Below, in pieces: positions 1 to 11,600 of a DNA stretch of 64,000 bases. Every line of letters starts with the position of its first letter. Positions within the stretch are counted from its first letter, which is position 1. Both the position numbers and the translations under genes were made by a program. The notes under the pieces are model-generated. The model made no database searches, had not been told where the DNA came from, and saw only the letters and a list, made by a program, of their open reading frames with translations. Source of the stretch: Podarcis gaigeae (Eukaryota); assembly GCA_964106915.2 (NCBI GenBank), contig OZ066927.1. The stretch is one strand, 5' to 3'.

Positions 1-694
1 CTCTCAATTATCATTTAAGTGGATAGTCTTCTTTTCTGCTTTTAAATGCTTTTTCTTCAAATATATTTGGGATTCGCATAAGTGCTGCTAAAAATTTACT
101 TGTGTTTGCAAATAAATCACATTGCTTGTGCATAATTTTAATACATAAATTGTATTTTCATAAGTTAAAATTAAATAATAGAAATGTAAATGTTTGAGTG
201 ATTATTCTGTAAAAAATTATAATATATATGAACAGAGGCACTGAGGCCGCAGTCCTTAGGCTAGCAAATCACATTGCATTTTATGGTGTGCTTTTTAGCT
301 GAGTCCTGAAATATCCTACCAAGACATGAATAGTCCAGGTATTGATACCTGCCATGTGCTTGATATCACCCCCTTCTCTGTTTTTGCACTCCCAGGCAGG
401 CAGCAAAATGGGAAGCCTATTTAGCTTATATTAAACCACATTATGCAGTTGATAGGTTGCATTCAGTTGGTGAATCAGGAGTTGTGAAAGATTGATGTGA
501 GTTTGCAAATTGGAAAGATGTCTGAAGCTGTTTACTTCATAAGAGCTAGAACTGGTGATGTGTATCACCCAAATTAACAAGTTGCTCAAAAATGGCATTG
601 ACTGCAAGTATTCATTAGTGTAACAAATCCAATGAATGGATCTGATCCCCCCACTGCAGTTTGAACTGACTTTTTCTCTTTTTTCTTTATGCAG

Positions 695-734
695 AGCAAA
701 CCATGTCCCCAGTGGGAAAATACTAGCCGTAAAG
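695..734 (+). CDS. MAP2K5: MAP2K5 coding exon (human exon 9 equivalent), (K)ANHVPSGKILAVK with the catalytic lysine
   Basis: Pyrimidine tract + CAG at 692-694, 40 nt, AAG|GTATGT donor; matches MEK5 AYHVPSGKILAVK as recalled. Confidence 0.95.
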
Positions 735-917
735 GTATGTTCTTCCAAAAACTGCTTTACTAAAAAGTCCTCTTCTACCCTGCCCCAACCATCAAATTCT
801 TATTTCTGCATTATTTGCCTTGGTGCATGAAAGCAAAGCATATACATGTTCAGGCCATAGTGCAAAAAGCATCACACATACACATATACATACACACACA
901 TTATTATATTGTATTAA

Positions 918-961
918 TATTATATTATATTATATTATATTATATTATATTATATTATATT
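918..961. repeat. (ATATT)n microsatellite
   Basis: About 9 pentamer units read directly. Confidence 0.95.
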
Positions 962-1892
962 AATCACACCACTACACACTCTTTCCTTTCTAGGTCACAC
1001 AAGTAGTCTTGGGAAGTATTTGCATGCATTGGAAAAGTAAGGTGTACCGATGAACTGGAAACTGTCAGTTAGAAAAATCTCAGATACTGGTGGTGCACCA
1101 AGCACACTGGCCCAGCTTGTCTATTCTGTTGCTGAAGCCTTCAGCGTTCCTAGAATATGTTTTCAAGTGCTTTCTTAATTTTCCTTCTGAAATGGGTCTT
1201 CCTTTCCTGCTTCCACTCAGAGACCTTCTGTCTTCCACCAGTAAGGCATCAGCATACTCCGGGAGAACAACAAGTTCTTCCTAAACTTAAGTTGTTGCTG
1301 ACCTGGCAAAATCCAAACCCCATTATTTGGATTACAGGTTCCATCAGCCCCTGCCAGCACAACTGCTGAAGTCCAAAACATCTTGGGGTGGGGGAGGTGG
1401 CACCAGGTTGGCGGAGGCAGTGTTAGACAAATTGCACTGAATTCCTTTTTGGAATCCACCACTTCCTGGTTGGGGAAAATAAGCCTGATTCTTCTGTTAA
1501 ATAATGAGGGTTTTGACAGCAAATATTGCCCTGATTTGCGCAAACACACCCACCCCTTACATATCAGAACAGGTCGTTTTTCAGCAAGCCTTACATGGAG
1601 ATTATTATCCCAACCTGTATCTGCATTGGATTTGAAATTGTTTTTATCTACTGTATACTTTTTGTGTGAATGTGTTTCTTGTTAAATCAATATATTATGG
1701 GAATAAAATAATAAGTGTCTGATCCCAATACTTTCGGTGCCAGTAAATCAAGGTTTATGACTGAAGCAACGACACAGCTTTATCACTTTCTTGCACAGTT
1801 TTAGCTACTTAAGAGGTTAAGGATAAACACAGCCGTTCATGTGAGTGTGAAGATTGGTGGTTTGGAAGCAAAGCAGGTGTGGACCAGTGTGA

Positions 1893-2128
1893 GTGCCAGT
1901 GGGGTATATTGGTTAAGAGCACAGGACAAGGACTGGGCAAACCAGATTCAAGTCTGCAACTTAGGCAGGAAGCTCACTAGAAGACAATGGGCCAGTCCCC
2001 ATGTCATAATCTTAACTTTCTTCACAGGGCTGTGGTGATAAAATGGGAAGGGAAGGAAAGAGAGGGGCCATAATATTTGCATTGATGGGTTCTAAGAGAA
2101 GAGGTGGGGTTTAAATGTAATAATAATA
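1893..2128 (+). mobile_element. Old tRNA-derived SINE (Squam3/MIR-like), diverged
   Basis: Head GCCAGTGGGG..GGTTAAGAGC, core ctcacagggctgtggtga-like, AT-rich tail; similar to the 50060 copy. Confidence 0.6.
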
Positions 2129-5100
2129 TGAACACTGACAAGACAACCACTGAAGCCAGGATGCCGATGAGCTGGTGAGCAGATTAGCTGGCCAGTTGGT
2201 GAGCAGATGTGGGCCATCTTGAGAGACACTTGATCTTTTACCTGAATGGCAAGTTGCTCAGGCAGAAGTTTCAGGGTACAGATCCAGAAGGAATCTTATT
2301 GGCCTCCTGTGTCGCCTGACTGCTTGTCGGAGCAGCATCTAAATGCAGCAGAGAAGGGGCCAGCAGCTCTGTCCTTGGACAAGTCCTCACGGTGGCTCAG
2401 AGAACAAGCTGCCTCTGGCACTCTGGCAGCTAAACCAAGTTGAGGCTGCTGGGCCTTAGGCTGGGCATAAGAATGCCATTTGACTTGTTGATTTGGGTGT
2501 GAAAATATATTGAGCCTTGCTTTGTGGAAAGAGGGAGAAGAGTTTGAAAAAAGAGGGTGCCAGCAGTTTATACTCCCCCTCCCACTTCAAAACTTTTTCT
2601 GTTTACTTAAAAAAAAAGGGAGGAAAAATCTGTATGAATTGAATATGCAAGAAACTCCTGCTTTGTGGTTTCCTATCAGCTGATGCCTGTGGCATCAGCC
2701 TCCTGCGGGAAGCCACACGACTGAGGAGGTAGCATCCCTCCCCTTGCATTGTGTGTGAGGAGGCTGTGTGCTGTTCTGCAACTCCAGTGTTTCCTCTGCT
2801 CTTAACCTAGCATTTAAATGGTCCATTTGATTAATCATTTGTATACTGACTATCGTACTCCCAAATTTCCTCTGAGTTGTACATACTGTAAAAGACAATT
2901 ATGTCACCACAGATTAAATAAGTGAATTAAAATGGAGTTGCAGCTTAATTTGACCTGTGATTTTGCTCTCGTTCCCTTTAGTGGCGTGCACACCATTCCA
3001 GCAAATAGATGAAGTCATCCATGACAGCCGGTGATGAATTGCCATCGCTATACTGTATATTTTAATAGCCTCTCACTAATTTAAATTGAGCACCGAGTAA
3101 ATTATAATTCAGTCACTTGACTGCTTGTATTTAACTTGACAACTCATCCTTATTTGTCCTGGAGGTGTAGGAGAGAAGTGGAGAAAATGGGCTCAGGTAT
3201 TTCTCATAGGGTTAACCCTTTCCCCTTGTAGTGTTCCGTGTCAAAGCCATTGTAGATAGGAACTTGATTGCTATTTCTGTTGCTGCTGTTATTTAACAAA
3301 AGGCGGGGCAATGATTTTAGGGCTGGGAGTCACATTTCCCATTTTAAATTGGGAAATGGGTTACACTCAAACTGTATGAACATGCCCCCTGACCCCTTTC
3401 CTTCCTTACCACCCCTTTTCTTGGCACACTTCCACTCAAATAAATTAATAAAATATATGGGGCCAGAATACAAATGCAGGTCCCAGTATTCAATACCCTT
3501 TGTCCATTACTGTATTAAAATCATGTAAAAAAAATCATGTAGGTGATTTAGGGCCCAAAGTTACAGTGCAATTCTAAACATGTCTACCCAGAAGTAATTC
3601 CTACTGAATTCAAAAAGGCTTACTCCTGGGTAAGGGGGGTTTGGTTTGTATTCTGAGTCTGTGATCCAACAGGAAAATCCTGGCTGCCTGTTTGCTGACG
3701 TAGTTTATATCCTGCGCCTTCAACATAATTTTGTATCTCAGGGCAGCCAAGAGAGTAGTCAGAAACAAGAAGTACAATTTAGGTAATAATATGTGCAAAC
3801 TAGCTCATTTTAATAGGTGGTAAAATCAAACTGCTCTAAGTTACATGCTTACATTAGCGGTTTTTAAAAGCTGGTGGCTAAATGATACTGTGAGTTATCC
3901 ATGTGGGCCTCTTTGGGAGGGCATTCCAAAGGTTTACTTTTAGTGAGCCTTGGGGAGTTGAGAGGAACTTGTGCCATGTTGTCATGGGTGGGTTTAGGCA
4001 TGACTGACTCAATATCAAATCAGGCCACAATCTGGATCTTCTGCAGTTTCCTAGCATCCTCTAAGTTGGCTGCGTGTGGTCCTCAGCCTTACTTCTAGTG
4101 GGGAAACTAGAAGGAAAGAAGAAAGGCAGAGCAAGACCAAAATGGGGAGGAAAGCCAAAACGGAGGTGGGGGGAAGTCCTCTGTAAGCAATCGGTTCAGA
4201 CTTCTTGCAAGAACATCTTCCCTTGCAGAGAGAAAGAGAAGCTGGTGACAGAGGTGACAAAGAAAGAAGAGAATTTGACCCTGCCCACCTTGAGCCCTGG
4301 TCCTGCCCACTGCTGGCATGTGACCCCTAAGGAAATGCAACCCTTTCTAGAAAAAGTTTACTTGCCTCTGTCCTAATATAATTCTGGCTAAGTCCACAGT
4401 GGTGAATGTACCATGATTACGGTTTTGAACTTACTTTGGGGGAAACAGAAACTCCCTAAAATTGCATAGTGGGTGTTTCATGTGGCATGCCGTGGCCACA
4501 GTTTTTCAGTGGTGTGACATGAGATTGTGTCATAGCGGCCGATCTCTGTGACAAGCCTTTGCTCATGAACACATTGCGGCCTGGGGCAATTGGCAGCATT
4601 AATGCAGTGTTGAGTAAAAGCCATGTGGTGGCCATTTTGTGTGAAGGAGGGCTAAGACCCTTCCATTCTTAAAAATCAATGTGCCTGTAATTCACAACAG
4701 CTCAGGGACTTTCTTCATTTCACGTCTTGGCTGATGCAGCATTTGCCATCCGTAACATCGAATCCAGTCAATATTCGGCTAAAGCTCTTGCAATGGGGGA
4801 AGCAGGGTTTCGAGCAGGGTTTTAACAATTGGAAAAGCAATCTCTTTTAGATATGATAGAGGGTTAAATTTTGTTGTTGTTTTAATGGGCAAAATTGATA
4901 CAGTGTTCCAGCAGGTTACTTTGTTTTAAGCTTTCCACCCTGGAAAAAAAAATGTAAGTGAATATTGTTGGCAAATGACTATTGATCTGGAGAAATGTGT
5001 TAAATGTTCTCTTGGCAGCCTTTCTATTACAGTTACAATTTAGTTTAGTGAGAGCTTTTATAAATAACCCTAAAGCAAATTCTTGATAGAAACTGGTTAT

Positions 5101-5176
5101 GCTCTTTTTTCTCTGTTTAGACAGACATCAATACTGTAAAATGTAGGTTTAGAAATGGGTTCTTTTTGTGTGTGTC

Positions 5177-5218
5177 GTGTGGTGTGGTGTGGTGTGGTGT
5201 TTTGTTTTGTTTTGTTTT
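5177..5218. repeat. Compound (GTGTG)n(GTTTT)n microsatellite
   Basis: Read directly. Confidence 0.85.
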
Positions 5219-5329
5219 TAAATCAGAGGCCATGTTGCTTTCCATTGCCAACCTTGTGTATTGTTGGTTGTGTTAATCCTGCAAAATATTATTGAGTCTC
5301 AACCAAGTACCAAAATCCTTGGGAGCGTA

Positions 5330-5630
5330 TATTATTATAATTTTATTTATTTATTTATTATTTATTTATTATTATTATTAATTATTATTATTGTTTATAG
5401 TATTTAATTTATTAATCACTTTCCATGAAACATCCTAAAGCAATTAATGATAAAAATTTCAATAATAAAAACATATGTAAAAACAATTTCACATAAAATA
5501 CATAAATCTATTTAAATAAAAATCACTGCCTAAAAGGTTTGTTGGAAAATTAAAAACTTCAGTAGGCACCAGAAAGACAATAAATATGGTACCTGTCTGA
5601 TATGTAATGGTAGGGAGCTCCATAACACAC
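5330..5630 (-). mobile_element. Degraded LINE (L2-like) 3' fragment with (TTA/TTTA)n tail
   Basis: Simple-repeat tail 5330-5400, A-rich spacer, then a diverged L2-like segment. Confidence 0.45.
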
Positions 5631-6001
5631 CATAATTTTATTTAAAATGTGTTGCCACTCCCTGGGTCAGATAAAACTGACTTAGTAGTTGCCTGGTTTT
5701 CAACCAGTGTGCCGTGGCTCACAGAGGTGCCCTGAAGGATGGTCAGGGATAATGCAGGCAACACTGGCCGGTAACTTATTAGGTGTGAGCTTCAGTTACT
5801 GGTAGCCAAGATCTTTACAGGTGTTGATCATCACTTGAAATACCCTATTCTGTTGGCAACAAACTGGCAGTCTGTTGGTGGTAGCCAGTTGACTTGAGCA
5901 GGAGTTTTCCGTGCCACCTGAAAAATATATAGGTTTGTTGATGGCCACAGTGTTCACATGCATTATGTAATGAGATACAATGTTCTGATGCTTGCTTTCA
6001 G

Positions 6002-6070
6002 GTGATCCCTTTAGATATTACACTGGAACTTCAAAAACAGATTATGTCGGAGTTAGAAATTCTTTACAAG
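6002..6070 (+). CDS. MAP2K5: MAP2K5 coding exon (exon 10 eq.), VIPLDITLELQKQIMSELEILYK, alphaC helix
   Basis: ttcAG acceptor at 6000-6001, 69 nt in frame, AAG|GTATAA donor. Confidence 0.97.
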
Positions 6071-6157
6071 GTATAATTTTCTAGCATTTACATTTCAATT
6101 CTATGCATAGTATGTCTTCAACACTGACAGCATTTTTCTCTCTTTCTTCATCTGCAG

Positions 6158-6239
6158 TGTGATTCGTCCTATATCATAGGATTTTACGGTGCTTTTTTTG
6201 TAGAAAACAGGATTTCCCTTTGTACTGAATTCATGGATG
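6158..6239 (+). CDS. MAP2K5: MAP2K5 coding exon (exon 11 eq.), CDSSYIIGFYGAFFVENRISLCTEFMD(G)
   Basis: Follows an 87-nt intron; tgcAG acceptor, 82 nt, G|GTGAGT donor. Confidence 0.97.
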
Positions 6240-7089
6240 GTGAGTGGTGCTTGCATATTCTTGAAAAGCCTCAACTGTTTTTTTTTTTTTTAATGTAATT
6301 GGGAAATCAATTTGAACATTTGTGCACATCCTAAAGAAGCACAAAGCGATTCCCAGTACAGATAGTGCAAGATGTCTTTTCCTCTTTTTTTTAGGAGGTA
6401 TTTTAAAAATAATAACCTTTCACAAGCCTTAACACATCAGGCAGGCGAGAGTCATGATTACTTGATGTTAAGTATGTTACATTTTCCTCAATGACTTTTT
6501 ATTGAAAATTTAAATAGAACAGAAGTAAATGCTGCTTTAGCTGTTGCTTGATATTTTCGACTTCCATACAATCTGTCTTTACTGACAAAACAGCTGTTCC
6601 CACTTTTAATGTTTCAGTCGCCAGCACAGATTTTCCTTTAAATAAGCCTATTAGCTCACCCATTGTCCTGTGTGTTTTCAGCAAGCAGTAGTGGGTTGGG
6701 CATGGCAGGATTAAAGAGTTTCAGAGATTTTTTCGCCTGGGTTTCCTTAGCAATTTAACCCCATTGTTCATCCAATTAAAAATGTATCACATGAACAAGG
6801 CAGATGCACCTGAGCAGGTGAGTCAAGCAATTGATTTTGATAGCAAGATATTTCCTCCCTGTCCCTGGCAATATCATAAAAGAACTCTGGAGCACTACTG
6901 CAGGATTGTGCTTTTCTCTCAGATGATGCAGTGCAGTGGCTTGGGCCAGCCCTATAGGTGAACAAGGGGGATGTTGGCAGACCTCACTTTGCTTATTACA
7001 GGATAATCCTTTCTTCTGAGTCAATATCTTTACAAGCAAGTTCCTCTGTGTTTTATTTGATATTAACTATGTTTTGTTTGTTCCTGCAG

Positions 7090-7151
7090 GGGGCTCTTTG
7101 GATGTCTACAGAAAAATTCCAGAACACGTACTGGGAAGAATAGCCGTAGCA
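7090..7151 (+). CDS. MAP2K5: MAP2K5 coding exon (exon 12 eq.), (G)GSLDVYRKIPEHVLGRIAVA
   Basis: ctgcAG acceptor, 62 nt, phase matches previous exon, GCA|GTGAGT donor. Confidence 0.97.
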
Positions 7152-7329
7152 GTGAGTACTTTGGGGTTCTATTTTTAATATAATAGTGTTAAATACTTAA
7201 ATATTTATCACAGCTGATATTTGTAGATATAAATAACATAGGAAGATGAGGATTGGGGGGAGAGTGAGAGTCATGGGGCACCTTGATAGCTAACAAATTT
7301 ATTATGTGCGAACTATTGAGGAACTTCAT

Positions 7330-7447
7330 TCTGGACTTCAGTCCACAAAAGCTTTTGCCATTATAAAATCTGTTAGTCTTCAACAGGCCCCAAGACCCTT
7401 GGTTGTTGTTTTTTGGTGCAACAGACTGCACAACTACCCCTCTAAAA
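7330..7447 (+). mobile_element. Penelope-like terminal-repeat fragment
   Basis: TGGAC-TTCA-GTCCA hairpin, AAAAGCTT, TGTTAGTCTT..CAAGACCC..GCAACAGACT; same family as the 48435 element. Confidence 0.55.
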
Positions 7448-7970
7448 TTGGGGGTTGGGAAAACCTCTTCCTTTTCTAGTATGTATTGGAGAATTGCAAA
7501 TAAGTTTGGTTTGTAATTTGTTGGAGCCTAAGAAGTCTGCTTATAAGAAAACACCCTACAAAGTTTCCATATTATTAATTCTCATTTTGGCGTACTGTAG
7601 TCTCTTTAATTTTGTCAGTTTCATCAACTGAAAGTTGTTTTCATAGAGATGTCTGGAAATTGCCATTAAAGTTCAATTTCAGTTTTTGATAATGTTGGAG
7701 TACTCTAAACAAATTCTAAAAGCCACATAAAAACCACGTTTTTCGAACAGCCTAATAGCAATCCTGTTATATATTTTGAAACTAATGTTGCATTCCATAT
7801 CACTTGTATCTTATTACATGCTTACCAGGAAGTTTTTGTCAAGTGAAACACATCTTCATCTGCATGTATTTGCACTGTTGATTGTATTCACTTTCCGGGA
7901 GGGGGGGAGGTAGGTAGTATATCAGATTGACTTCATAAAAAGTAAATAACTCACATTACAGAGTTTAGGA

Positions 7971-8085
7971 CAGGGTGACCAAGATGGGGTCCTCTAGATG
8001 TTGTTGGACTACAGTGCCCATCTTTCCTGACCGATGAGCATGCTGGCTGTGACTGATGGGAGTCGGAGTGCAACAATATCCCCCA
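7971..8085. mobile_element. Palindromic MITE, diverged
   Basis: AGATGTTGTTGGACTACA..TGATGGGAGTC family motif. Confidence 0.65.
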
Positions 8086-8283
8086 GTGTAGGGCATAATC
8101 AACTTTATACCATCAATTAACATACATTTCTATTGTGTATTTGGGAAAGGTGTTATGCAATTCTACCTCCCATATTTGTTTTGTCTTTTCACAGCAAAAC
8201 CACTACTGATCTCAACAGCCCTTTTTGTATTAGCTTAGTTTTCTGTGCAAATTCATACTGTTTATCACCAGCATTCAGAGTTA

Positions 8284-8450
8284 CTGTATTTTTCCGTATA
8301 TAAGATGCCCCCATGTATAAAACGCCCTCTATTTTGGGGGACTCCAAATTAAGAAAACACCCCTCAGCACTACCCGTGAATAAGATGAGCCAATTTCAAA
8401 CCCAATTTTTTGGTTAAAAACCCCCTAGTCTTATACACAGAAAAATACGG
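8284..8450. mobile_element. Tc1/mariner-pogo-type MITE
   Basis: TIRs CTGTATTTTTCCGTATATAAGA / TCTTATACACAGAAAAATACGG; TA on the left flank. Confidence 0.8.
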
Positions 8451-8464
8451 TCTATGCAGAGGTT

Positions 8465-8880
8465 CTATGTAGCTGCCATGGCTAATGGCCCTTGATAGCC
8501 TTCCCAAATCTGGTGCCCCCCCGATATTTTGAGCTATAACTCCCATCACCCACCACTCATCATACTGGCTGAAGCTCTTTAGAGCTGTTGTCCAAAACAT
8601 CTGTAGTCCAGCAGCTTGCAGAAGGCTGCCCTTGATAGACTCATTTTCCATGAATTTACATAATCCTTCTTAAAGCTATCTAAGCCAGCAGCTACCATCT
8701 CATGGTAGGAAATTATTTGAGTTTATTAAGCAGTATATGAAGAAGGCCCTTCCTCCTATGAGTCTTTAACGTATTGCCATGCAGCTTCATTGGGTGACCC
8801 CATATTAAACTGTTAGGACAGAAGGAGAAAAGTTCTGCTCTATCCACCCTTTTGCCATGGTTCGTAATTCTATAAACCTT
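8465..8880 (-). mobile_element. CR1 LINE fragment
   Basis: TTGATAGAC..TCCATGAATTT..AAAGCTATCTAAG..CAGCTTCATTGGGTGACCCC; overlaps in sequence with the end of the 59902 fragment. Confidence 0.55.
8497..8628. mobile_element. Palindromic hAT-type MITE inserted in a CR1 fragment
   Basis: Flanked by 8-bp direct repeat CCCTTGAT (8489-8496, 8629-8636). Confidence 0.75.
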
Positions 8881-10109
8881 TGCCCCCTTTCTTTTTCTTT
8901 TCTTTTTTTCCGAAAGTGAGTAGTCCCTAATATTAAGTTATGCACTTGCACAACGTATAGGCATATAACATACAGGTACCCCAATATATAGGACCTATTT
9001 TTCCCAGAAGATCAATAATAATTCTGTTTGCTCCATCCATTAGTGTGGTGTACATGAAGGTCCCAGATAGTCTTCTCTCCATGATCCATCCAGAAGCTGC
9101 TTCAGCGTAGTTGTTGCACTGGTATTAGATCTTATCCCTTCTCGCCATGCTGGGGATAATTAGCTGAATTCTCCAAGTCTAAGAAGAGAATGTATCATAA
9201 TTTTAAAGCCGCAGCCAAGACCAGTTGGAAGGGAGGTGTCATGGGGTAGGGTGCCGCTGAACAATTGCTAAATCTGAAGCAGGCTTTGATAATTTAAGTG
9301 GTTTAAAGCAGAACAAAAAGTTATTCTAAAATGTACCATTTAATTAAATGCCTGTTTTCCACACTCATTATACATCAAGCTGACAACTGAAATCCTTTAA
9401 TCTGATGCAGGCAGCTATTTAGGCTCCTTTCATTGTAATTCGCAGCTCAGCTTCATTCTCTCCACTTTAGCTGCATGTGCAAAGAGCATCTTTTAATCTG
9501 ATGCTATCACTTTGGAGCACTTGCAGATGGGCTTGTTTTTTCAGACTCGGCATGGTTTGCTTCTAACACACACACATGCACATACTGCTTTGGTGAGAGT
9601 AAAAGTGTTTCACTTTTGCAGTCCAGAGGATTTGCACGATCTTATTAAATAACATTCATTTCTATAGTTCACTGTAAATTACAAATACTTTCTCCTCCTG
9701 GGCATTTATCCTGACAACAAGCATTCTGGAGTAGCATCTTCAAACAGTTTTTCCAGAAAGGGAACATGTGCTGTGTCCAAGGCCACGCAGTGGATTCATG
9801 GCCAAACTAAAATCACATTTTTACATGATTTCTAATGTTGAGTGATTGATCTAAGAAATCTTAAGTGTCTAGTTCAGTCCAACCCTTTTGGGTTCATGGA
9901 AACATCTGCAAACAGGAGAAATTGGTGCATTCCACCCCTCACTCAACCTAGGACACACCACAATCTAGTATACTGTCTCCAATAAATGCTTCTTTCACGC
10001 TTAATTTCAGCAACATGGAGGTACAGGACCCTGGAGGCATCAGGGAAGACTTGTACAAGTGAGCCTGCAAGTCTGGAGGTGTGCATGGGGCAGCCAGGGC
10101 TATGTGATA

Positions 10110-10414
10110 GTAAAGGTAAAGGGACCCCTGACCATTAGGTCCAGTCGTGGCCGACTCTGGGGTTGTGGCGCTCATCTCGTTTTATTGGCCGAGGGAGCCG
10201 GCGTACAGCTTCCGGGTCATGTGGCCAGCATGACTAAGCCGCTTCTGGCAAACCAGAGCAGCGCACAGAAACGTCATTTACCTTCCCGCCGGAGGTTGGC
10301 AGGAGCAGGGACCGAGCAACGGGAGCTCACCCCATTACGGGGATTTGAACCACCAACCTTCTGATCGGCAAGTCCTAGGCTCTGCGGTTTAACCCACAGC
10401 GCCACCTGCATCCC
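10110..10414 (-). mobile_element. Sauria SINE, 5'-complete with an internal deletion
   Basis: Minus strand starts GGGATGCAGGTGGCGCTGTGGGTTAAACC and ends (ACCTTT)n; perfect 13-bp TSD GGGCTATGTGATA at 10097-10109 and 10415-10427. Confidence 0.92.
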
Positions 10415-10530
10415 GGGCTATGTGATAAGAGCCTTTAAAAAAACACTCTCAGGCATTCAGCAGAGAAGGTGGAGTAGGAGTGTGTGTGTTATGAATTATG
10501 CTACTCCTGCTACTCCTGAACTCCTGACTA

Positions 10531-10772
10531 CAGTGGTACCTCGGGTTACAGACGCTTCAGGTTACAGACGCTTCAGGTTACAGACTCCGCTAACCCAGAA
10601 ATAGTACCTCGGGTTAAGAATTTTGCTTCAGGATGAGAACAGAAATCATGCGGCAGCGGCATGTCAGCAGCAGAAGGCCCCATTAGCTAAAGTGGTGCTT
10701 CAGGTTAAGAACAGTTTCAGGTTAAGAATGGACCTCCGGAACGCATTAAGTTCTTAACCAGAGGTACTACGG
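10531..10772. mobile_element. Tigger/pogo-like MITE
   Basis: TIRs CAGTGGTACCTCGGGTTA / TAACCAGAGGTACTACGG, TA duplication on both sides, internal GGTTACAGACGCTTCA repeats. Confidence 0.88.
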
Positions 10773-11334
10773 TATTGGATTGGGGAGGGGAACTGCATGT
10801 GTAGTGTCTGTCCAGATACAGGATTTCCCCTTTAGCTGGGGATACGATTGCAGAAGCTCTCCAGCTGGATCAGATCAAATGTCTTGCTGGTGCCTTTAAG
10901 GGGTCACAGTTAAGTATCAACTTGCCAATATATTTTTGTGTGTTTTTCTGTCCCTTGTCCCAATTCCTTATATTCAACTGCATCCTTTCTTTCACAAATT
11001 CAGTTTAAGAAAAAACTTGAACTGAATTTGCACAAGTGAATGTGACGGTCTTGCTCTAATCTGTAAAACATGGATGGAATCCACCGTACACAGCTTTACC
11101 ACCTGTTAGTTCTTGGTGCTAGACTTAAAAACAATCTTTCAGTTGCAGCCAGAAGACAAGGACATTCCTCCAGTGCTGTACCAAAGCTAAGACAGGGCTA
11201 CCAAATATTCCCAGACTGCCTTTTGCGCATAAGCTCACATTTTTATTTTTATTTCCATTCCCGAAGCAATAACACAATGCACTGTATTTTGAGTGCTAAT
11301 GTTGATTGAAGCTTTTTTTCCCCCTGCAAAAGAT

Positions 11335-11600
11335 GTGCACTTAAGCTGTCAAGAGAGTGAGTGATTGATGGCCGATCTAACTACTATTTGTGTCAAGGCT
11401 TTGTCAAGTCATTGTTGTCAAATGCTGCTTTACTGAATATCACAATATCTTCTGGAGTATTCAGTCAAAATGAATTCTATGCACCATCTCTTTGATATAA
11501 TGCTCAATACCTTGCGTCTACATTCTGAACCGGGAAATGGCCTTTTATTCAGTGTAAATGAATAGCTGTGATTCCTGATCAATGTACAAAGGGTTACAGG
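11335..11600. promoter_or_regulatory. Candidate PBX-HOX/MEIS enhancer
   Basis: CTGTCA 11346-11351, TGATTGATGG 11362-11371, three more TGTCA within 60 nt, CATTGT; no repeat hallmarks. Confidence 0.5.

Noticed and set aside
2173-2208. 12-bp direct repeat TGGTGAGCAGAT
   Set aside because: Short local slippage duplication with no further support.
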